Assembly (NCBI GenBank): GCA_012799695.1 | Contig: JAAZKT010000006.1 | Span: forward strand, 1-60,119 | Length of the DNA stretch: 60,119 bases | Direction of reading: 5' to 3' | From: Clostridiaceae bacterium | GTDB lineage: Bacteria > Bacillota > Clostridia > Saccharofermentanales > DTU023 | Shown here: piece by piece, positions 19,094 to 27,908 of the stretch | Numbering within the stretch: the stretch's first letter is position 1 | Layout of the letters: each line of letters starts with the position of its first letter | Program-made: the position numbers and the translations under genes | Notes under the pieces: generated by a model | The model's database searches: none | What the model saw: the letters and a program-made list of their open reading frames with translations, nothing else | What the model was told of the DNA's origin: nothing

Positions 19094-20194
19094 TTACGGC
19101 TGCATTTCATCGCGCAGTGCAATGACCCCGTTCGTATCGTCGCCGATGGCGGAAGGAACTTCAATTTCCTTGTTGCGAATCGCTTTCTCCGCGGCGAGAA
19201 CGAGATCCTGAACGTCTTTTGGTGCAATGTTCTTGAAATTTTTGTCTGAAACGAAACCAACGCCGCCCTCAACGAGTCCGAGGTTAACTTCTTTACCCCA
19301 GTAAGTGCGACCGGCATCCCACTCGTCGAAAATCCAGACGATCGAATTGCCGACGTTTTTAAGTCCCGATGTCAAGGTAATCGCGGCAAGCTCGTCTGAA
19401 AGCGTGAGTTCTTGGTCGGAGTCGACACCGATGAACCAAGCTTTACCCGACTCGAGTGCCGCCTCGGCTCCGCCGTTGCCTGACAAACCGGCAACACCCC
19501 AAATGATATCGACTTTGTTGTCATTGATCATCGCGAGGCCGAACTCTTTCGCCGTCGCCGTATCGACGTAGCTGTTAACATAGCGCGTATCGACTTTCAC
19601 TTCCGGGTCCGTCGCTTTGACGCCTGTCAGAAAGCCGTACAGGAAGTCGTTGATGACGGGACTGTCAACGCCGCCGATAAATCCGACAACTTTTTCAGGG
19701 TTGATTTTGTCTACGTCTATTTTCGATGTCATCGCCGCCGCATAGACACCGATTAGATAACCCATGTCGTTCTGCCTGTAGCTGACGTTGACGACGTTGT
19801 CATTCTCACCGACGAACGTGGTGTCGTCGTAGATGAGGAATTTTTGATCGGGGTATGCAGTCGCCGTCTCTTTCAGGTATTCGGGCATCTGGTATGTACC
19901 GCAGATAACGAGATCATACGCTTTGCTATCCGCGACCTCATTCAAGGTCTCCTGCCATCTCGGCTGGTCAGCATCCGCTCCGCCCATCTCGATCGTTTTC
20001 AACGTGATGCGACCGTCCGCCTCCAATTTTTTGAGACCGGAGTCGGCGGAGTCAAAAAACGATTTGTCGCCGAGGTTGCCGTTGACCAAGTGGACTACAC
20101 TGTAGACATCGGCTTTATCCTCAGGCTTTTTGTCGCACGCGACGACGGAAAGGACCATCAGCGCGACAAGTAAGAATGCAAATAATCTTTTCAT
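19094..20194 (-). CDS. BMP-family (basic membrane protein) ABC substrate-binding lipoprotein, probably nucleoside-binding
   Basis: 366 aa. Signal peptide plus lipobox LSVVAC. BMP/PnrA-like body (VVGFIGGVDSPVINDF..., WGVAGLSGNG). Confidence 0.85.
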   Translation of the reverse strand: MKRLFAFLLVALMVLSVVACDKKPEDKADVYSVVHLVNGNLGDKSFFDSADSGLKKLEADGRITLKTIEMGGADADQPRWQETLNEVADSKAYDLVICGTYQMPEYLKETATAYPDQKFLIYDDTTFVGENDNVVNVSYRQNDMGYLIGVYAAAMTSKIDVDKINPEKVVGFIGGVDSPVINDFLYGFLTGVKATDPEVKVDTRYVNSYVDTATAKEFGLAMINDNKVDIIWGVAGLSGNGGAEAALESGKAWFIGVDSDQELTLSDELAAITLTSGLKNVGNSIVWIFDEWDAGRTYWGKEVNLGLVEGGVGFVSDKNFKNIAPKDVQDLVLAAEKAIRNKEIEVPSAIGDDTNGVIALRDEMQP

Positions 20195-20237
20195 CTTTTC
20201 GCTCCTTCATTTTTTGCAAGAAAAGTGGCGCCGGCAA

Positions 20238-20309
20238 AAAAGCGCACGACGCTTTTATATTTTTACTTGCTTTTAATCGTATTTTAACGACTGGACTGTG
20301 TAAAGTCAA
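20238..20309 (-). promoter_or_regulatory. Candidate promoter and leader hairpin of the nucleoside uptake/hydrolase operon
   Basis: On the minus strand: TTGACT (20304-20309), 17 nt, TAAAAT (20281-20286). In the leader, AAAGCG-tcgtg-CGCTTTTTT (about 20238-20256) is a terminator-like hairpin whose GCGC can alternatively pair with the downstream GCCGGCGC. Confidence 0.4.
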
Positions 20310-20433
20310 CAAAAACTTATGACAGACACGCCGTGTTTGTGATGGATTGAAACTGTAATAATGACTAAGGCGACATGCTTCAGCTTGGCGGCAAGTGTTC
20401 AATTATCGCTCATTCCGCTGTTTCAACGAAGAA

Positions 20434-21615
20434 CTAAGGTTGCAGTCGGCGGACGGCAGTGACGCGTAACGCCAGCTGCTGCGCCTGTTTTGATTCGATA
20501 TCGATTAGTTGAAGCGTTTGTCGATTCGGGAAAGCCACGAGCAACTGATCGTCGTCTACACGAACAGCGACGGACTCAAGCTCCGCGGGATCACTGAGTC
20601 TGTGAAAAAAAAGAAGGTCGCCTACGGAAAGCGCCTTTAGATCCTTATTCCCTTCGGCATCCGTTTTCAGAGCAACATTCTCACCCTTGCGAGCGAGCAT
20701 ATCCAGTGTACGCGGGAGCTCAACTCCATTTAGTCTCGCCGCAATGAAGATGGCGCCTTCAGGGCTGATGCCTTGCGTTGTCACACCTCCCGGCACGAGC
20801 GGCCGATTGTAGAATGCCATAAGCGCCGACGAGAATTGTTCGTAAAATTGATCAGGCGTGATCTCTTCGTGAGGCTCAAGTAGCATCAGACCCGCAGCAT
20901 TCACCCAGCCGACCTGATCATCGGGCAATTTGACACGTAGCAGATCTCCCTTTCGGTAATCAGCATAAAGGATAGCCCCCATTGGTGCCTCCACAAGCAA
21001 AGAACCGCTACGCGCGTGCGTCATCACTCGCTTAAACGGTGTACGAATCACCAGTTTCATGACGGCTCCCGACGCCGATATAGACTCTACGTCCGCACTC
21101 AACTGATCGCGCGAAACAAAGCCGACAGTCCCGTCCGATGTCCGTACTTTTATCATTTTGCGATGAGAGGTATCGAGCATGGTTACAGGCTCATTCAGGA
21201 GCAATTCCGCCACGCGAGCCGCACGCAATTCCGTCGAAGCGAAAAGCGGCGCAAACGATACCTTTACAACAGCAGTCAATTGTCCGGTAGGCTCAACAGG
21301 TTCCGTAGGCCCCGTCACTGTCGGCGCGACAACGGTTGGATGAATACGGTCCTGTTCCACAACTTTAGGCACAATAAGAAAGAGCCCCAACATCAACGTC
21401 ACAAAAACGGCTATCGCAACAGCCCAAGGGGGAACTCGTCGTTTCCTTGCACCGACGTAAATCGGTTTCTTTCGGTGAGTCTCCTCGGCAGGCTCAAGAA
21501 GCCCCGGGACGTAGCCGGGACCGCGACGGATCGTTATCCTCTCTTGCGATGTTTTCGCCTCCGACAGGTCACTTTTGGTGTCATTTTGTCCTGTCGATTT
21601 CTTCTCGTCATTCAT
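20434..21615 (-). CDS. Membrane-anchored SH3b plus NlpC/P60-like protein with degenerate catalytic residues
   Basis: 393 aa. Basic N-terminus, TM (PPWAVAIAVFVTLMLGLFLIV) and SH3-like segments (KMIKVRTSDGTVGFVSRDQL; DLLRVKLPDDQVGWVNAAGL). The C-terminal P60-like fold has GISPEG in place of DCSG and SVAVRV in place of HVxIY. Confidence 0.6.
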   Translation of the reverse strand: MNDEKKSTGQNDTKSDLSEAKTSQERITIRRGPGYVPGLLEPAEETHRKKPIYVGARKRRVPPWAVAIAVFVTLMLGLFLIVPKVVEQDRIHPTVVAPTVTGPTEPVEPTGQLTAVVKVSFAPLFASTELRAARVAELLLNEPVTMLDTSHRKMIKVRTSDGTVGFVSRDQLSADVESISASGAVMKLVIRTPFKRVMTHARSGSLLVEAPMGAILYADYRKGDLLRVKLPDDQVGWVNAAGLMLLEPHEEITPDQFYEQFSSALMAFYNRPLVPGGVTTQGISPEGAIFIAARLNGVELPRTLDMLARKGENVALKTDAEGNKDLKALSVGDLLFFHRLSDPAELESVAVRVDDDQLLVAFPNRQTLQLIDIESKQAQQLALRVTAVRRLQP

Positions 21616-22027
21616 CGAAAGGAACTCCTTCGTCCATGGCGGTTTTACGAGATTTCGATGCGTCTACTTCCACAACACAGAATGCCACGGCGTATTCGTC
21701 TTCATGAGAAATACTGATCGCAACGGACATGCCGCCCAACGCGGAAAATCTCGTTTTTGCCGCCCCGTGCAACACGACAAGAGGCATGCCCATATCGTCC
21801 GCGTCAATCTCTATGTCCTGAAAAGTAATGCCGAGACGCCCGATACCCGTTCCCAACGCTTTAGAAACTGCTTCCTTCGAGGCAAATCGTCCCGCAAGCC
21901 TACGGGCGTCGCCGGAACACAGAGTGCGTTCGCGCTCTGTAAAGACGCGCGCCGAAAAATGTTCACCATGGCGGTCAAACACTTTCCGAAACCTTTCGAC
22001 ACTGACGAGATCAACACCGATTCGCAT
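21608..22027 (-). CDS. acpS: Holo-[acyl-carrier-protein] synthase
   Basis: MRIGVDLVSVERF..., RFASKEAVSKALGTGIG, SISHEDEYAVAF. GAGGA RBS. Confidence 0.85.
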   Translation of the reverse strand: MRIGVDLVSVERFRKVFDRHGEHFSARVFTERERTLCSGDARRLAGRFASKEAVSKALGTGIGRLGITFQDIEIDADDMGMPLVVLHGAAKTRFSALGGMSVAISISHEDEYAVAFCVVEVDASKSRKTAMDEGVPFDE

Positions 22028-22037
22028 GATGCAGTCC

Positions 22038-23042
22038 TCAAACGTCAGCCTTCAAAGGTCGGAGTCTCAAGTCTCCGGGCGGGAAACTGTAGATCAGAAA
22101 ATTGCCCATCAGGCGGCTTGCGATTCGACTGTCGTACTGTTTCGCAAAATCGGGCACTTTGAGATTCGATGCGATAATCGTGGCGAGTTGACGGTTGTGC
22201 CTCGTGTCGAGCAATCCGAGCAACTGAGCGAACGTCTCCTGCGTAGCCATTTCCGTTCCCAGATCGTCAATAAGCAGTAGATCCCACGTCATCAGAGCGT
22301 TGTATAGCATCGTCGCCTCCTCCAGCTGGTCGGGATCGGGACGAAAAGAATGCTGCAAACGCCTGTAACGCGTCAAAAGATCGAACAAATTAGGCGCGGT
22401 GATATAGATGACAGCGACCCCTTCCTCCATCAGGCGATGCCCGATACACTGCATGAGAAAAGTTTTTCCCGTACCGGGATCACCGCTGAAAAACAGCTGT
22501 CGATCCTTCAGCTGAAAAAAATTAGATGTGTAGAATTGGGCGGCCTGAAGATTCTTTGCCATGACGTCGCGCGCAGATAAAGCGTGAAGTCGATTGGAAG
22601 GCGCGCTGTCGTAAAGATTGAGATTGAATTCGGCAAACGTATGATCAGAAGACATCGAATCGGGGAAATAGGCCGGTAGAATATCCTGCAGTATCTGTCT
22701 CCTGCAAAAACACCACTTGTCACGTATGCGCCCCGTGTCCTTACACGCACGACAGAAAAAGACAGGCTCGTCGTATCCGTCTTCGATGCCGTGCTCACGC
22801 ATAAACGCTTGGCGCTCCGACGCAACAAGATCAAAGCCGGCACTGTCATCGCCCTCAGAATTAAATGTGGAACAAAGACGTGCGATCCCTGCACTGCGTA
22901 ATTTCATATCAAATTCCTTCAACGCCGGATGACGCGCGTAAAGAGACGCAACCCGCGCATCCCTTGCGTTAAAAGCGTTATGTCGACGACTCTCGTAAAC
23001 ACTAATTATTTTGCCATTGATTTTGTCTGTTAGATTTGTCAT
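22038..23042 (-). CDS. dnaI: DnaI/DnaC-type helicase-loader ATPase
   Basis: I prefer ATG 23042 (MTNLTDKING...); the track ORF to 23189 would overlap the upstream gene. Cys-rich N-terminal module (CRACKDTGRIRDKWCFCRRQ), Walker A GDPGTGKTF, Walker B LLLIDDLGTE. Confidence 0.8.
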   Translation of the reverse strand: MTNLTDKINGKIISVYESRRHNAFNARDARVASLYARHPALKEFDMKLRSAGIARLCSTFNSEGDDSAGFDLVASERQAFMREHGIEDGYDEPVFFCRACKDTGRIRDKWCFCRRQILQDILPAYFPDSMSSDHTFAEFNLNLYDSAPSNRLHALSARDVMAKNLQAAQFYTSNFFQLKDRQLFFSGDPGTGKTFLMQCIGHRLMEEGVAVIYITAPNLFDLLTRYRRLQHSFRPDPDQLEEATMLYNALMTWDLLLIDDLGTEMATQETFAQLLGLLDTRHNRQLATIIASNLKVPDFAKQYDSRIASRLMGNFLIYSFPPGDLRLRPLKADV

Positions 23043-23073
23043 ATGTTCCGCTAACCCTCGATAAAAGCAAGAA

Positions 23074-24093
23074 TCAATCGGACTCCTCATCCGCCGTTTC
23101 AGACAAAAGGCGCGGCATCCTGACACCCGTACCGATATCCGAACCGCCACCCTGTGCCGAGTCAAGCGTAAAATTATCTCGATTATCACGCTTCAGCGAA
23201 GCGGATTTCCCTTGGAGAGCGCTTATCTCTGCCGCACGTTTTTCTTCATATGCTCGTATATCTTCAAGCGTTTTTAAGCAGCGATCGTACCAGTCCTTTA
23301 ATACAGCGCTCACGAAACGCACACTCGGGTTGGACGCGCCGCGCGTTTTCGAAAGAGCCTCCTCAATGATGTCCTCTCCGTATCCGTACTCGTCTACCCA
23401 CATGTCGACATCTTTGAGATCGTATTCCGTCATTTTTCGCCTCAAACGTTTGCCGACTAGAGCCTTCAGCTCATTCTTCTTCATGAAATGCGTGTAATAG
23501 CGAGAGAGCTGCTCGTACGTTCTGACACCTGCCGACGCCCAGTCTTCCGCTACACGCATGGCGAAACCGGGTCCATTCAAACGGTTATTGTTGGCAGCCT
23601 CCTGAAAGAGAACAAACATCACCTCGGGATCAAACCCGTAAACCTCAAACCACCGATCAATATGGTCGTACCAAGTAAACGTCATCATCCCTTGGAAAAA
23701 CGTCATGTTGATCTGATTGACGATCTCTTCGCGCTCCTTATGGACTTCTTCACGTCCGACGATCTCTTTTGGCGTCGAAGATGACACCGGACGATACCGT
23801 TTCTGCAATTCCTGCATCTTCAAGTCGTTGATCGAAATATCGTGATCGCCCACCGTAATGAGCTGCATGTTCTGCAATTCAAGAAGAGAATCGTTAACGG
23901 CCTCTTCGGAAATGCCCAAGCGATCGGCAAGATCGGCGCGCGTCGCCTTTCGAGAACCGTTTTGGAAGACGCTGTTAAGAAAGAGGTAGCTCTTGACAGC
24001 ATTCCCACTCAATTTCGGCATCATATCCTGAATGAAAAGATCAGGCACAGGCGTATCGCTGAAGATAATGGATCGACTGTCTTTGATTCTCAT
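23074..24093 (-). CDS. Replication initiation / primosome protein with two DnaD-like (DnaB_2) domains (Firmicute DnaB/DnaD family)
   Basis: 339 aa. N-terminal wHTH-like part, then two C-terminal repeats of the ...W...G(V/L)(R/K)T.E(Q/D)... type (AEDWASAGVRTYEQL; VLKDWYDRCLKTLEDI). Directly upstream of the dnaI-like gene, as in Bacillus dnaB-dnaI. Confidence 0.7.
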   Translation of the reverse strand: MRIKDSRSIIFSDTPVPDLFIQDMMPKLSGNAVKSYLFLNSVFQNGSRKATRADLADRLGISEEAVNDSLLELQNMQLITVGDHDISINDLKMQELQKRYRPVSSSTPKEIVGREEVHKEREEIVNQINMTFFQGMMTFTWYDHIDRWFEVYGFDPEVMFVLFQEAANNNRLNGPGFAMRVAEDWASAGVRTYEQLSRYYTHFMKKNELKALVGKRLRRKMTEYDLKDVDMWVDEYGYGEDIIEEALSKTRGASNPSVRFVSAVLKDWYDRCLKTLEDIRAYEEKRAAEISALQGKSASLKRDNRDNFTLDSAQGGGSDIGTGVRMPRLLSETADEESD

Positions 24094-24275
24094 GAGTCCC
24101 TCCCCTTTTGTCGTCTCATTTGATTGTAACAGGATTTACCGGACATTTATTGTCTCATAAAAACTGAAAATATTTCCACAGTGTCAAACGGGCGCCCATC
24201 CACATAAGGATAAGCGCCCGCTTTCTATTTTTTCTGCTCGTCTGACGAGGGACAAGCCATCTTCGCGGCATCGTA

Positions 24276-27200
24276 TCAGTCTTGTTCCGCTAGGCGGAGA
24301 TAGCTGTGATAACGCTCTTCTGCGGCTTTTCTCGCAAGTGCGAAAATCTCGTCGACTTCTTCCGCCGTGTATTTCTTATAAAGCGATGTATAACGGACTT
24401 CCTCTTTTAAGAACTCCGTGTAATCTCGTGTCGGCGGTTTCGAATCGAGTGTAAACGGATTCTTCGTATCGTCTTCCGCCATCACCTGCGGATTATAGCG
24501 CCACAGATGCCAATACCCGGTCTCCACGGCATCTTTCTCGCGACGTTGCGTCTCCGACATACCGCCGCGAATACCGTGATTGATACACGGGGCGTATGCG
24601 ATGACGAGTGAAGGACCGTTCCACGCTTCGGCTTCACGTAGAGCGCGGAGTGTCTGCGCTTGGTTGGCACCCATAGCAATCTGCGCGACGTAGACGTAAC
24701 CATATGACATCGCCATCATGCCGAGATCCTTCTTCTTGAGCCTTTTGCCGCCCGCGGCGAACTGAGCCACCGCACCGAGCTGCGTCGCTTTCGATGCTTG
24801 GCCGCCCGTATTGGAGTAGACTTCCGTGTCGAGAACAAGGACGTTGACATCTTCGCCGGACGCCAGCACGTGGTCAAGTCCGCCGTAGCCGATATCATAA
24901 GCCCAACCGTCGCCGCCGACGATCCACGTCGAACGGAGCATCAGGTAGTCTTGGAGTTCGAGAATCTTCTCGCGAAGATTCGCCGCCTCGCCAACGAGCT
25001 TCGCCTCGTTCAATGCGTTCAGGAACGCATCCGCGACTTCACGTGCAGGCTCTTTCTCGTCTTTGCGCTCGAACCAGACGCCAATGGCATCTTCAAGACC
25101 TTCGGGAATCTCTTTTTCATTCAATTGAGAGACGAACTCCGTCACGCGATTGCGCAACTGCTTGACGCCGAGATGCATGCCTAGACCGTACTCCGCATTG
25201 TCTTCAAATAGTGAATTGCCCCATGACGGACCAAAACCCTTTTCATTGACGCAGTACGGCATGGACGGTGCCGAACCGCCCCAAATTGACGAGCAGCCCG
25301 TCGCATTCGCGATCATCATGCGGTCGCCGAACAATTGTGTCGCAAGACGCACATAAGGCGTTTCACCGCAACCGGCACAAGCACCGGAGAACTCGAGTAA
25401 CGGACGCTCGAACTGACTTCCCTTGACAGATGTCTTATTCATAGGGTTCTCTTTCGCCGACAGTGTCTCTGCGAACTCCCAGTTTTTTGTTTCAGCGAGC
25501 TGGTCTTCAAGAGGCCTCATGACGAGCGCCTTCTCCTTGGCGGGACACGTCTGAGCACAGGAACCGCATCCCGTGCAGTCAAGTGCCGAAACCTGCATAC
25601 GGAAATCGTACGCATCGTAGGGGCGCATGCCCTTCAATGTTTCAAAAGATTCAGGCTTGTTCGCCTTCTCCTCTTCATCGAGCAAGAACGGACGAATGGC
25701 GGCGTGCGGACAGACATACGCACATTGGTTGCACTGAATGCAGTTCTCGGGAATCCATTTTGGAATGTTGACGGCAATGCCACGCTTCTCAAACTGAGAT
25801 GTACCCATCGGGAATGTGCCGTCCGCATAATCGGTAAACACGGATACGGGAAGTGAATCGCCTTCCTGACGATTCATGACATCGGCAATATTCAAAACGA
25901 ATTCCGGCGCTTCGCGGAACTTGACGTAATCTTCTTCCGCATTGCGCCACTCGACGGGCACTTCAACCTTCTGTACTTCAGCGATACCGGCATCGACAGC
26001 GCGGTAGTTCATGTTGACAATTTCATCGCCCTTATCGCCATATGAGCGAACGATCGCTGCCTTCATGTGCTTGACCGCTTCATCCACGGGAATGACTTCT
26101 GTAATCTTGAAGAATGCCGCCTGGCAAATGGTGTTAATACGGTTTCTGAGCCCGATCTCTTGCGCGAGACGTACGGCATCAATGATATAAAGATTAATGT
26201 CATTTTCTGCGATGTAGCGTTTAACCTGCCCCGGCAGAAACTCGCCGAGCTCTTCGGCGCTTCTGGTCGTGTTGAGCAGGAACGATCCGCCTTTTTTCAA
26301 CGCCTTGAGCATGTCATACAAATGTACGTACGCTTGGTTATGACATGCGACAAAGTCGGCGCTGCCGACGAGATAAGGTGCGCGAATCGGCGAGTGGCCG
26401 AAGCGCAGATCCGAGATCGTCACGCCGCCCGACTTCTTCGAGTCATAGGAAAAATAAGCTTGGGCATACATCGGCGTATGGTCACCGATGATTTTAATCG
26501 AGTTTTTATTTGCGCCGACCGTACCATCAGAACCGAGACCCCAAAAACGCGCGGCGACTGTTCCGGGTGGTGACACTTGAATATCATCACCGACAGGAAG
26601 CGAGAGGTTCGTCACGTCGTCGCGGATACCGATCGTAAAGCGCGGTTGAGGATTATCATCGGAGAGCAAATCGTAAACTGCAGCGATGTGAGCCGGTTTC
26701 GTATCTTTTGATCCGAGACCGTAACGACCGCCGACAACCGTGATGTCGCGCCCCGCCTCCGCAATCGCCGCAGCGACGTCGAGGAAGAGCGGATCACCGT
26801 ATGCGCCCGGTTCTTTCGTGCGATCGAGAACGGCGATCTTCTCAACTGTGTCCGGAATGGCAGCGAGAAGCCTCTTGACGGAGAACGGTCTGTATAGATG
26901 TACGTGAATGGCTCCCGTCTTTCTTCCGTTCGCATTCAGGTAGTCGGAAGTCTCGCAGACGGTGTCATAAACTGATCCCATACAAATAATTAGTTCTTTT
27001 GCGCCCGGATCACCATGATAAACGAACGGTTTATAGGGACGACCCGTCAGCTTTGTAATCTCGTCCATATAGTATTCGACGATATCCGGCAACGCGTTGT
27101 AATAGGGATTCGCCGCTTCTTTTTCTTGGAAGAAAATGTCGGGGTTTTGAGCCGTCCCTCGCAACGTGGGTTTGTTGGGCGTCAAACCGCGCTCGCGGAA

Positions 27201-27812
27201 AGCCTGAACGGCTTCCATATCGACAAGATCCTTTAAGTCGTCGTAATCGAGCACTTCAATCTTCTGAATTTCGTGCGATGTTCTGAATCCGTCAAAAAAA
27301 TGCAGAAACGGAACGCGCCCCTTGATCGCCGACAGATGTGCAACGGTCCCGAGGTCCATAGCGGACTGCACGCCGTTCGATGCGAGAATGGCAAACCCAG
27401 TTTGCCTTGCCGCCATCACGTCACTGTGATCACCAAAAATAGAAAGCGCATGCCCCGCAACGGCACGAGCCGTCACATGGAATACCGCGGGCAGGAGTTC
27501 GCCCGCCATTTTGTACATATTGGGAATCATCAGGAGCAAACCCTGCGACGCCGTATACGTCGTCGTCAAAGCGCCCGTCGCGAGAGAACCGTGCACGACG
27601 CCCGCCGCGCCGCCCTCCGACTGCATCTCCACCACGTGAACCGGCTGACCGAATATATTCTTCCTGCCTTGCTGCGCCCATTGGTCGACGCTATCCGCCA
27701 TACCGGAAGACGGCGTAATAGGATAAATCCCCGCCACCTCGGTAAAAGCGTAAGATGCGTGGGCAGCAGCCGTATTTCCATCCATCGTTACAAAGTTCTT
27801 TTTCTTTGCCAT
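24276..27812 (-). CDS. nifJ: Pyruvate:ferredoxin (flavodoxin) oxidoreductase, single-chain PFOR
   Basis: 1178 aa. Starts MAKKKNFVTMDGNTAAAHASYAFTEVAGIYPITPSS, has two 4Fe-4S motifs (CIQCNQCAYVCPHAAIRP; CTGCGSCAQTCP) and the TPP block GGDGWAYDIGYGGLDHV. Confidence 0.97.
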   Translation of the reverse strand: MAKKKNFVTMDGNTAAAHASYAFTEVAGIYPITPSSGMADSVDQWAQQGRKNIFGQPVHVVEMQSEGGAAGVVHGSLATGALTTTYTASQGLLLMIPNMYKMAGELLPAVFHVTARAVAGHALSIFGDHSDVMAARQTGFAILASNGVQSAMDLGTVAHLSAIKGRVPFLHFFDGFRTSHEIQKIEVLDYDDLKDLVDMEAVQAFRERGLTPNKPTLRGTAQNPDIFFQEKEAANPYYNALPDIVEYYMDEITKLTGRPYKPFVYHGDPGAKELIICMGSVYDTVCETSDYLNANGRKTGAIHVHLYRPFSVKRLLAAIPDTVEKIAVLDRTKEPGAYGDPLFLDVAAAIAEAGRDITVVGGRYGLGSKDTKPAHIAAVYDLLSDDNPQPRFTIGIRDDVTNLSLPVGDDIQVSPPGTVAARFWGLGSDGTVGANKNSIKIIGDHTPMYAQAYFSYDSKKSGGVTISDLRFGHSPIRAPYLVGSADFVACHNQAYVHLYDMLKALKKGGSFLLNTTRSAEELGEFLPGQVKRYIAENDINLYIIDAVRLAQEIGLRNRINTICQAAFFKITEVIPVDEAVKHMKAAIVRSYGDKGDEIVNMNYRAVDAGIAEVQKVEVPVEWRNAEEDYVKFREAPEFVLNIADVMNRQEGDSLPVSVFTDYADGTFPMGTSQFEKRGIAVNIPKWIPENCIQCNQCAYVCPHAAIRPFLLDEEEKANKPESFETLKGMRPYDAYDFRMQVSALDCTGCGSCAQTCPAKEKALVMRPLEDQLAETKNWEFAETLSAKENPMNKTSVKGSQFERPLLEFSGACAGCGETPYVRLATQLFGDRMMIANATGCSSIWGGSAPSMPYCVNEKGFGPSWGNSLFEDNAEYGLGMHLGVKQLRNRVTEFVSQLNEKEIPEGLEDAIGVWFERKDEKEPAREVADAFLNALNEAKLVGEAANLREKILELQDYLMLRSTWIVGGDGWAYDIGYGGLDHVLASGEDVNVLVLDTEVYSNTGGQASKATQLGAVAQFAAGGKRLKKKDLGMMAMSYGYVYVAQIAMGANQAQTLRALREAEAWNGPSLVIAYAPCINHGIRGGMSETQRREKDAVETGYWHLWRYNPQVMAEDDTKNPFTLDSKPPTRDYTEFLKEEVRYTSLYKKYTAEEVDEIFALARKAAEERYHSYLRLAEQD

Positions 27813-27908
27813 TGTTCTCCCCCATTAATCAATTCGAGCTGTTTTTTCACTCAAACAGTATAACATGCCGCTTCTGTCATAATCTTGAACACGTCGCGAC
27901 GTTCATTC

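Noticed and set aside
21016-22162. 233-aa and 195-aa plus-strand ORFs
   Set aside because: They are antisense to the SH3/P60-like gene and acpS, and their sequence is Arg/His-rich. They are shadow ORFs.
22038-24093. The IstB-like ATPase plus DnaD-domain protein, considered as an IS21 helper gene or a prophage replication module
   Set aside because: There is no IstA transposase, integrase, inverted repeats or other phage genes nearby. The pair is flanked and overlapped by housekeeping genes (acpS, PFOR) and matches the chromosomal dnaB-dnaI arrangement of Firmicutes.
24189-24220. GC-rich hairpin CGGGCGC/GCGCCCG downstream of PFOR, considered as its terminator
   Set aside because: The good T-run (CTTTCTATTTTTT) follows the stem on the plus strand, where no gene ends. 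On the PFOR strand only TTTG follows. It may still act as a weak or bidirectional terminator, but the evidence is too ambiguous to list.
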